Assembly (NCBI GenBank): GCA_041664365.1 | Contig: JBAYKW010000001.1 | Coordinates: forward strand, 244,465-308,464 | DNA from: Patescibacteria group bacterium | GTDB lineage: Bacteria > Patescibacteriota > Patescibacteriia > UM-FILTER-42-10 | Direction of reading: 5' to 3' | DNA: 64,000 bases | Shown: positions 56,846 to 64,000 of the stretch, one piece after another | How positions within the stretch are numbered: the first letter of the stretch is position 1 | Layout: each line of letters opens with the position of its first letter | Program-made: the position numbers and the translations under genes | The notes under the pieces: generated by a model | The model's database searches: none | Told to the model about the DNA's origin: nothing | What the model saw: only the letters and a program-made list of their open reading frames with translations

Positions 56846-57389
56846 CTTCACATCACCCGCTCAAAGAGTGGAAAATCAATTTCAGAAAAACTACAAGCTA
56901 GTTCAATTTTTGGTTTTGATCACAATTGTCATATTGCTGATTATTGTTTCGTTTTTATATTTTTCTCAGATGATTCTTCAGAATAAGCTAGATAAACTGA
57001 CTCTAGAGACCGTTGCCATTAAAGAACAAACAGAGAGCAATGAATCGCTAAATCTCGGTCAGTCCGTAATCAGTTTTAATTCGCTTGTCCAAAATGTATC
57101 TAGTATCCAGCTGGAGTATATATTATGGTCGGATATTTTTATCGAAATCGGCAATAGAATCTCTGATGGCGTTGTATTGTCCTCCCTTTCAATACAAAAA
57201 TCTAACGGAACGTTTCAAATTTCAGGGACGGCCGAAACTAGAGATTCTCTACTGTCATTCAAGAATAATTTAGAGATATCTCCATTTTTTGAGAATATTG
57301 ATTCTCCAATATCAAATTTATTGTCAAAAGAAAATATATCTTTTACGTTGAGTGGAAGAGTAATACTTAATCCTCAAAACGCCGAATAA
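56832..57389 (+). CDS. pilN: PilN-like bitopic membrane protein
   Basis: MINLN... start, single TM, coiled-coil/periplasmic domain; assigned by position and size. Confidence 0.45.
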   Translation: MINLNFTSPAQRVENQFQKNYKLVQFLVLITIVILLIIVSFLYFSQMILQNKLDKLTLETVAIKEQTESNESLNLGQSVISFNSLVQNVSSIQLEYILWSDIFIEIGNRISDGVVLSSLSIQKSNGTFQISGTAETRDSLLSFKNNLEISPFFENIDSPISNLLSKENISFTLSGRVILNPQNAE

Positions 57390-57393
57390 CAAA

Positions 57394-57939
57394 ATGAAAT
57401 TAACTCCAAAAATTAAACTTTTGATTATTTCCATATTAGGCATTGCTGCGGTATTTTTAATAATTAATTTTACAGTAATACCACAGCAAAAAAAGATTAT
57501 CTCTCTTGGTAATGATATCTATGATCAAAGAGTTAATTATGAATTTATCACACAGCAAAGACATGACCTAGTCCGATTAGAAAGACAAATTAAGGAAATC
57601 GGTTCAAATAACGACCTGGTATCTTCATCACTTTTTTCTCAACAGGACACATTAGAACTCATTACCATACTTGAAAACGTCGCTAAAAAGTATGAGATTA
57701 GTGATCAACTTCTAAATTTATCCAATCCAGTTGTCCAGGAATCTGGATTATATATGAGCACATTAAACATTGCTTTCAATACATCTTATTCTAATATTAT
57801 CAACTGGACAAAATCAATCGAACAAGAACCCTTCTATTTACTGATTGATTCAGTCTCTCTTTCAAGTCAAAAAACATCACAGGCAACTCAAAGTGAACAA
57901 ATCAGCATTCAAATATCCGCTAGAGTTTACTGGCAATAA
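57394..57939 (+). CDS. pilO: PilO-like bitopic membrane protein
   Basis: Single TM then coiled coil, about 180 aa, follows pilN; assigned by position. Confidence 0.4.
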   Translation: MKLTPKIKLLIISILGIAAVFLIINFTVIPQQKKIISLGNDIYDQRVNYEFITQQRHDLVRLERQIKEIGSNNDLVSSSLFSQQDTLELITILENVAKKYEISDQLLNLSNPVVQESGLYMSTLNIAFNTSYSNIINWTKSIEQEPFYLLIDSVSLSSQKTSQATQSEQISIQISARVYWQ

Positions 57940-57940
57940 T

Positions 57941-58228
57941 ATGAAAATGAAATCAACAATTCCAATCGACAAATACTACGGCTATATAAAAAGAAACAGC
58001 AATAAAGCCATCTATATTGCAATTATCGGTTACGCTATGTATATTTTATTTTTTTTATACCAAAACGTCTTTATACCATTTTACGACCGGACACTGATTG
58101 ATCCCGCCTTAGTGCTTAGAAAAAAAGAGGTAATCAATCAGACTCTCTTTGAACAAGTTATAAATAATTCTAAAGAAAAAACAAAACTAAAAAATCCAGT
58201 TGACAGTTCCGAGCTGAATCCTTTTTAG
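57941..58228 (+). CDS. Small single-TM protein in pilus operon
   Basis: ATG 1 nt after the pilO stop (MKMKSTIPIDK...), TM AIYIAIIGYAMYILFFLY; the ORF track's longer +1-frame version is probably an artefact. Confidence 0.3.
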   Translation: MKMKSTIPIDKYYGYIKRNSNKAIYIAIIGYAMYILFFLYQNVFIPFYDRTLIDPALVLRKKEVINQTLFEQVINNSKEKTKLKNPVDSSELNPF

Positions 58229-58232
58229 TGAA

Positions 58233-59417
58233 TTACTTTTTTATTATCGCGATACAACTCACATAGGCTTTTATAAATGCAATCATTTCAGCTTTTGTTG
58301 TTGTCCTGCCGATTGTTACACGGACTCCTTCTCGGAGTCTAGTTTTATTGATACCCATTTCACGAAGCACCTTTGATGGTTCCGCAGCACCCACTGTACA
58401 GGCTGACCCGGTTGAAACAGAAATATTAAACTTATTGTCCATCAGGAACATAATGTCGTTTCCGTCCACTCCATCCACTCGTAAATGAAGATTGTTTGGG
58501 ATTCTTAAATCCCCCACTTCACCTGATATTTGAGCTTCCGGCAAAAAGTGCATAATTTCCGTAAATGCCCAGTCTCGAAGTTTTGACATTCTTTTTTTAT
58601 CACCTACTCCCCTTCTTATACATAGTTCACTTGCCTTTCCGAATCCGACAATTGACGGAACATCCAGCGTGCCCGCACGAAGCCCGGACTCCTGATCTCC
58701 TCCGGTTTGGATCCCCATAATTGGTGTTCCTGATTTTATATATAAACAACCCACTCCCTTCGGTCCGTATATTTTGTGTCCGGAGGCCGAAAGTAAATCT
58801 ACATGGAGATGTTTTACATCACAATTCAAAGATCCTACTGCTTGTACTGCATCCGTATGAAATGTAATGGGAGTTTTTCGCTGTAAATTTAATTTTGTCA
58901 CAAATTTACCTATCTCTCTTACAGGCTGGATTGTACCGATTTCATTATTCACGTACATTACTGATATGAGCGCCGTATTTTCAGATACTAATTCGCTTAA
59001 TTTACTGACGTCTACAATTCCATTATTTTTAACCGGCAAGTATTTCACAACGACACCTTGCCTTTCAAGATCTCGACAAGTATTCAGAACGGACGGATGT
59101 TCAATCTTTGTTGTTATTATTTCAGGTATTTTTAAAACTTTTTGATACTTTTTTATTACTCCACGGATGGCGAGATTGTTGCTTTCCGTGGCACCGGAAG
59201 TAAACACAATTTCTTCTGATTCAGAGTTGAATAATTCAGCAGTTTTATCTCGCGCGGAATCTACCGCAAGCAGCGCCTCTCTGCCAGTTTCATGCGGACT
59301 ATTCGGGTTGCCGAACTTTTCACTAAAATACGGTTGCATCTCCCTCAGAACCAGTGGGTCCATCGGTGTAGTAGCCGCAAAATCAAGATATATTCTATTT
59401 TTTTTCGGTAGATTCAT
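58233..59417 (-). CDS. iscS: Cysteine desulfurase (class V aminotransferase, IscS/NifS-like)
   Basis: PLP-lysine region SASGHKIYGPKGVGCLY and the catalytic Cys loop. Confidence 0.8.
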   Translation of the reverse strand: MNLPKKNRIYLDFAATTPMDPLVLREMQPYFSEKFGNPNSPHETGREALLAVDSARDKTAELFNSESEEIVFTSGATESNNLAIRGVIKKYQKVLKIPEIITTKIEHPSVLNTCRDLERQGVVVKYLPVKNNGIVDVSKLSELVSENTALISVMYVNNEIGTIQPVREIGKFVTKLNLQRKTPITFHTDAVQAVGSLNCDVKHLHVDLLSASGHKIYGPKGVGCLYIKSGTPIMGIQTGGDQESGLRAGTLDVPSIVGFGKASELCIRRGVGDKKRMSKLRDWAFTEIMHFLPEAQISGEVGDLRIPNNLHLRVDGVDGNDIMFLMDNKFNISVSTGSACTVGAAEPSKVLREMGINKTRLREGVRVTIGRTTTKAEMIAFIKAYVSCIAIIKK

Positions 59418-59487
59418 ATTTTTATTGATACAGATAAAATATCTTTTTATAGCCTATGTGTCAATTTGTACGACTTTTTCAATTTTA

Positions 59488-59496
59488 TGGTATAAT
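59488..59496 (+). promoter_or_regulatory. Extended -10 promoter (TGGTATAAT) driving a leaderless or near-leaderless mRNA for the 733-aa pilin-like gene
   Basis: TGgTATAAT ends 8 nt before the ATG at 59505; no Shine-Dalgarno. Confidence 0.4.
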
Positions 59497-59504
59497 ATAA
59501 TTCA

Positions 59505-61706
59505 ATGTATAAAGCGAAAATAAAGAATAAGCACCAAAGGGGTTTCTCGTTAATAGAGCTTTTGGTTGTGATAGGAATATTCGCTACTTCCGGTATTTTT
59601 GTTATTTCCGGATTAGACAAAGGGATACAGGCGCTGGCCGTATCTAGATCGAGGGTTACAGCAACTGAAATTGCAAATGAAAAACTGGAAATCATCAGAA
59701 ACATGCCATATTCAGATGTCGGGACCACCACAGGCTGGCCGGTTGGTGACATACTGTCATATGAACTGCGTAACCAGAATAGTTTTGAGTTTATAGTTGA
59801 AACCCGCATTGATTATTTTGATGATCCGTTTGACGGGAATGCTGCCGGTACAATTGTTGGAAAACCACAAGATACGACTCCAAATGATTATAAGAAAGCT
59901 GAAGTAAGCGTAAGATGGAACAGACCGGCTGTTGACGCAGTCCTTCTGTCAACTTTTATTTCACCAAAAGGACTAGAGTCTGCGGATAACACAGGATCGC
60001 TTTTAATCCAAGTTTTTAATGCGTCCGGTCAGCCGGTCCCGCAAGCAACAGTCCATATTACCAACAATACAATCAATCCTTGGATTGACATAACGAATAC
60101 AACGGATAATTCCGGTAACTTGCAGGTCCTGAGTTTGCCTCCGAGCATCGAAGGTTATCATGTGGAAGTGACAAAAGATGGTTACAGCCTAGATTCTACC
60201 CATGCTGTTGATCTTGTTAGCCTTCCTCATCCAACCAAACCGGACCTTACAATCGTAACAGAGGATGTAACTGAAGTAAGTTTTGCAATTGATCTTGTAA
60301 GTTCACTTATGATCAATACTGTAAATGACACCTGTGAACCGATACCGAATATTTCACTTTCAATCTGGGGAGAGAAACTGATCGGAACCGATCCGGATAA
60401 TTTGAAATATTCTTCAGAACCACCGACTAACGGATCCGGAACCCTGCTTTTATCAAATTTAGAATGGGATAATTACACTCTACTTGAAACATCAACTGCC
60501 TATGATATTGCGGGAATAATTCCGCCTGTACTGCTTAATATTCTGCCAAATACATCGCAAACAACTTCATTTGTATTAGCTGATCATACTACAAATTCCC
60601 TGAGGGTTTCCGTAAAAGACGCCGGGACTGATGTTGCATTAACTTCCGCGAATGTGCGATTGACCAAAGTTGGTTATGACGAGTCAAAACTTACGGGAAT
60701 TGGATTCTTTTTGCAAAACGAATGGTCAGGGGGGCCGGGACAAGCAGATTATACCGATATGACAAAATATGACGATGATTCCGGAACGATTGATACAAAT
60801 TCAACTTCAGGCAGTATTACACTAAAATCCTCTGAATTATCCGGCAATTTCTATGATAGTATTGCAAATAGCAACAACAAAGACGCATTAGCGACCACCG
60901 CTGATTGGAATACGAGTATGCAACAGATACAGCTTGCTGATAATTCCGGAGAATACATGCTGACAGGCGTCGGTCAAACGATAAAACTTAATTCTGAACT
61001 AGGCAGATTAACCAAAGCAAAAATAACTGTTAACGAATCATTAAACGGGCAATCAATTTCATATTTCTTGTCAGCAAACGGCGGTGTAAATTTTGAGCCG
61101 GTCACAGCAGATGTTGATCATGAATTTATAACAGCTGGCGACAGTTTAATATTCAGAGCTGAACTTTCTACAACAGATCCACAGGTTACGCCGGTTATTC
61201 AGGATATTTCAGTATCCTACACTTTAGAATCATTCCAACCAGAAGGATACCTTACATCATCATCATTTAATACAGGTACTAGCAGCACCTTTGGCACATT
61301 AACCTGGATTCCTTTCTCGCAACAAGCAGAGACGGGCCCGGATAGTGTTGCGATACAAATCGCATCAAATACTGATAATACAACCTGGAATTTTATCGGT
61401 CCGGATGGAACAAGCGGGAGTTACTATACCACAAGCGGAACTCAAATTCACGAAAGCCACAACGATGACCAGTATATAAAATATAAAATTTATCTGTCCA
61501 CAGATGATGTTTCATATTCGCCGGTTATATCCAGTATTCAACTCGGCTATACATCGGCATGTGTACCGCCCGGTCAAGTATTTTTCAGCGATCTAAGCGC
61601 CAGTACATATTCGATAGATATTTCTCTGGCCGGCTATGAAACTATGAATACATCCGTCACAGTAAACGGTACAACGCAAGCAGAGTATTTTCTTAACCAA
61701 TTGTAA
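59505..61706 (+). CDS. Large prepilin-type N-terminal domain protein (733 aa) with carboxypeptidase-regulatory-like beta-sandwich domains
   Basis: Class III signal KHQRGFSLIELLVVIGIF; downstream repeats such as LLIQVFNASGQPVPQATVHITNNT ... DNSGNLQV resemble CarboxypepD_reg/Ig-like folds. Confidence 0.6.
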   Translation: MYKAKIKNKHQRGFSLIELLVVIGIFATSGIFVISGLDKGIQALAVSRSRVTATEIANEKLEIIRNMPYSDVGTTTGWPVGDILSYELRNQNSFEFIVETRIDYFDDPFDGNAAGTIVGKPQDTTPNDYKKAEVSVRWNRPAVDAVLLSTFISPKGLESADNTGSLLIQVFNASGQPVPQATVHITNNTINPWIDITNTTDNSGNLQVLSLPPSIEGYHVEVTKDGYSLDSTHAVDLVSLPHPTKPDLTIVTEDVTEVSFAIDLVSSLMINTVNDTCEPIPNISLSIWGEKLIGTDPDNLKYSSEPPTNGSGTLLLSNLEWDNYTLLETSTAYDIAGIIPPVLLNILPNTSQTTSFVLADHTTNSLRVSVKDAGTDVALTSANVRLTKVGYDESKLTGIGFFLQNEWSGGPGQADYTDMTKYDDDSGTIDTNSTSGSITLKSSELSGNFYDSIANSNNKDALATTADWNTSMQQIQLADNSGEYMLTGVGQTIKLNSELGRLTKAKITVNESLNGQSISYFLSANGGVNFEPVTADVDHEFITAGDSLIFRAELSTTDPQVTPVIQDISVSYTLESFQPEGYLTSSSFNTGTSSTFGTLTWIPFSQQAETGPDSVAIQIASNTDNTTWNFIGPDGTSGSYYTTSGTQIHESHNDDQYIKYKIYLSTDDVSYSPVISSIQLGYTSACVPPGQVFFSDLSASTYSIDISLAGYETMNTSVTVNGTTQAEYFLNQL

Positions 61707-62300
61707 ATGAAGTATAAAAAAAACATAAAGAATTACGGATTTACCTTAATTGAAATCATCATTGTTCTTGGTATTATGGGTATTCTGACATCGATAATTT
61801 ATCAATTTGTCGTGCAGGGTAATGATTTGTTTAATCAGTCACGTGACCAAGCATTGGCACAGGATACATCAAGAAAAGTTATGAAATCCATTGCGAAAGA
61901 ATTGCGGGAAGCACAAAACGCCGACACTGGCGCATACCTCCTGGCCAGCGCTGACGAACGGTCAATTATCTTCTATTCCAATATTGACTCCGATGAAAGC
62001 AGAGAACGTTTAAGATATTTCCTTTCCGGTTCAAGCTTTCAAAAAGGCATTATAAATCCGCCGAGCACCAGTGAGACCGTCACCACTATTGTCAACAATA
62101 TTGTAGATACAGGGCCCATTTTCACTTATTTTGATGAAAATTACACCGGTACAGGAAGTCCACTAACCCATCCGATAAACCTTGCGGATGTACGTTTAGT
62201 TCATATGAAATTTAGCGTTGATATTGATCTCAATCAACCACCTCCTCCAATATCAATAGAAACAAGTATTATGATAAGAAATCTTAAAACCAATTTTTAA
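61707..62300 (+). CDS. Type IV pilin/pseudopilin
   Basis: KNYGFTLIEIIIVLGIMGIL prepilin cleavage/methylation motif; 197 aa. Confidence 0.6.
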   Translation: MKYKKNIKNYGFTLIEIIIVLGIMGILTSIIYQFVVQGNDLFNQSRDQALAQDTSRKVMKSIAKELREAQNADTGAYLLASADERSIIFYSNIDSDESRERLRYFLSGSSFQKGIINPPSTSETVTTIVNNIVDTGPIFTYFDENYTGTGSPLTHPINLADVRLVHMKFSVDIDLNQPPPPISIETSIMIRNLKTNF

Positions 62301-62316
62301 TTCAGTAAAAAGACAC

Positions 62317-63786
62317 ATGTACCAATCTGATAGCAAATATAAAAATAGTTCCGGTTTTGCCCTCGTCATGCTTTTAGTCTTTTCGAGCATATTCCTAATT
62401 CTTATCGTTGCCGCCTCATCATACGTTGTCAGTCAGGCAAAAATTACAAACTCAAAAATCAGAGAGCAAAAAACATTTGAGATTGCCGAGGCTGGTGTTA
62501 ATTATTACCGGTGGCATTTGGCACATGTTACGGATGATTTCACGGATGATACAGGACATGCGGGTCCGTATATTCATGATTATCGCGACATTAATGGAAA
62601 TGTAATTGGCCAGTATTCATTAAATATCATCCCACCCGCCAGCGGTTCAACAATTGTGACAATCGAATCCACGGGGTATTTAACCGAAAGCCCTGATATT
62701 AAAAGAACTGTTTCGCTTAAGCTAGGCAATCCGGCATTTTCTAGTTTTGCCGTTGTTGCCAACGACGAAATGCGTTTTGGTGAAGGCACGGAAATATGGG
62801 GGCCGGTACACTCCAATGACGGTATTCGATTTGACGGCTTGGCGCACAATGTTATTTCGTCAACAAGGGATCAGTATGACGATCCGGATCATTCGGGTGC
62901 GCAAGAGTTCGGCGTACATACCCACAGATCCCCCGTTGACCCCCTACCACCATCTGCTGTTCCGGTCCGTTCGGATATTTTTGGCGCCGGTCGTGTATTC
63001 CCGGTCGCACCTGTGAATTTCGACGGAATAACGGTTGATTTAGCAGATTTAAAAGCAAAAGCGATTGCCAACGGCATCTATCTAGGCGCATCCGGAGCAC
63101 AAGGATATCATATAAAATTTAATGCAAACGACACAGTCGATATTACGCGTGTTACATCACAAAGCCAGTGCAGTTACCGATGGTTTTTCTGGTGGTATAA
63201 CTATTCGGATATGTGGTCAATCGGCAATCAGAGCCAGTTTACCTATAAAGGTCAAAGTTCAATTGGACTGCCAATGCCGACGAATCAGATTATTTTTATT
63301 GAAGATGATGTCTGGATAGACGGACAGATTAATGGCCAGCGTGTTACAGTTGCCGCAGCCAGAGAACCGCTTGCGTCTGCAGATGCGACAATTATAGTAA
63401 ATAATGATTTAAAGTATACAAACTATGACGGTACGGATGTAATCGGTTTAATAGCACAAACTGACATTTCGGTTGGGTTCTACAGTGAAGATAACCTGCG
63501 TATTGATGCGGCCGTTATAGCGCAAAATGGCCGTGTAGGACGATATTACTATGCGGACCGGTCTGGATATACCCAAAATCCCGCTGGATGCGCAAATAAC
63601 GTATATCGTGATACGCTTACGCTTTTTGGATCACTTGCCACAAATCAACGCTATGGATTTGCCTACACAGACGGCACCGGTTATGAGTTTAGAAATTTAG
63701 ATTTTGATTCCAATCTTTATTTCGCACCCCCGCCTAATTTCCCGACATTAGGTGAATACTCAATTATTTCCTGGGAAGAAAAATAA
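62317..63786 (+). CDS. PilX-like minor pilin (489 aa)
   Basis: SSGFALVMLLVFSSIFLILIVAASSYVVSQ ... EIAEAGVNYY resembles the PilX N-terminal domain; no Glu at +5. Confidence 0.5.
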   Translation: MYQSDSKYKNSSGFALVMLLVFSSIFLILIVAASSYVVSQAKITNSKIREQKTFEIAEAGVNYYRWHLAHVTDDFTDDTGHAGPYIHDYRDINGNVIGQYSLNIIPPASGSTIVTIESTGYLTESPDIKRTVSLKLGNPAFSSFAVVANDEMRFGEGTEIWGPVHSNDGIRFDGLAHNVISSTRDQYDDPDHSGAQEFGVHTHRSPVDPLPPSAVPVRSDIFGAGRVFPVAPVNFDGITVDLADLKAKAIANGIYLGASGAQGYHIKFNANDTVDITRVTSQSQCSYRWFFWWYNYSDMWSIGNQSQFTYKGQSSIGLPMPTNQIIFIEDDVWIDGQINGQRVTVAAAREPLASADATIIVNNDLKYTNYDGTDVIGLIAQTDISVGFYSEDNLRIDAAVIAQNGRVGRYYYADRSGYTQNPAGCANNVYRDTLTLFGSLATNQRYGFAYTDGTGYEFRNLDFDSNLYFAPPPNFPTLGEYSIISWEEK

Positions 63787-63787
63787 A

Positions 63788-64000
63788 TATGAAAATTATA
63801 AAAGCAATTACCATTCCTTCAATATTTATTACTCTGTTTACGATAACTGGATTTTTATTTATTAATTTGTTTTTTATCATTCAGGTGAATGGAGAAGAGA
63901 TTCAAGTAAATCTGCATAATCCGCAAGATGGCGCATTATTAAGTGGTAACATCCTCGCCAGCGCCGAAACTAATTCTCCCGCAGCTAAGGTTGAGTTCTA
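63788..64000 (+). CDS. Partial ORF (5' end), membrane-anchored, possibly pilus-associated
   Basis: ATG 2 nt after the previous stop; N-terminal TM; runs off the window. Confidence 0.3.

Noticed and set aside
1-64000. CRISPR arrays, rRNA or tRNA genes
   Set aside because: No regularly spaced direct repeats with unique spacers and no rRNA/tRNA-like conserved stretches were seen; intergenic regions are too short except those discussed

Overview
This AT-rich, tightly packed bacterial window has very short intergenic spacers and many overlapping starts and stops. Positions 61 to 50997 are almost entirely minus-strand; 51029 to 64000 is a plus-strand type IV pilus block.

Minus-strand content, in coordinate order:
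- Glycan locus 1: three GT2 glycosyltransferases, a Wzy/O-antigen-ligase-like membrane protein, and a DUF2207-like protein with a Gly-rich tail.
- A HAMP-only sensor-like protein followed by an ABC transporter.
- A stand-alone Cas4-like Fe-S PD-(D/E)XK nuclease.
- A ~920-aa UPF0182-like membrane protein.
- dus (plus strand).
- Glycan locus 2 (GT2, GT4, Wzx-like flippase), fused directly onto a ribosomal/RNAP operon: infA-rpmJ-rpsM-rpsK-rpsD-rpoA-rplQ-rplM-rpsI.
- alaS and mnmA.
- A three-gene module: sigma-70 region 4/HARE-HTH protein, single-pass membrane protein, and TraG/VirD4-like ATPase.
- secF, and a secD carrying an embedded parvulin-type PPIase domain.
- Two tandem paralogs fusing an FG-GAP beta-propeller to an L,D-transpeptidase, bracketing a small acidic ORF.
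- A SAM methyltransferase, a bacterial Elp3 homolog (plus strand), a VanX-like dipeptidase, a YhhQ/QueT-family transporter and a NADAR protein.
- secA followed by a compact dcw block: murB-murC-murG-ftsW-murD-pgeF-mraY.

Plus-strand block: a GT39/ArnT-like glycosyltransferase, then pilB-pilC-pilM-pilN-pilO, then three prepilin-like proteins (one 733 aa) after an antisense iscS.

No rRNA, tRNA or CRISPR array was found. rpmJ is absent from the ORF track and was found by manual translation.

Gene content suggests a streamlined monoderm bacterium, possibly Patescibacteria/CPR-like (inference only):
- alpha subunit without a CTD.
- AlaRS without the C-Ala domain.
- Pilus genes without a secretin.
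- Leaderless promoters.

The most unusual elements:
- The HTH + membrane + VirD4-like ATPase module.
- The SecD-parvulin fusion.
- The tandem FG-GAP/L,D-transpeptidase pair with its intervening acidic ORF.
- A GC-rich noncoding island at 13.49-13.64 kb.
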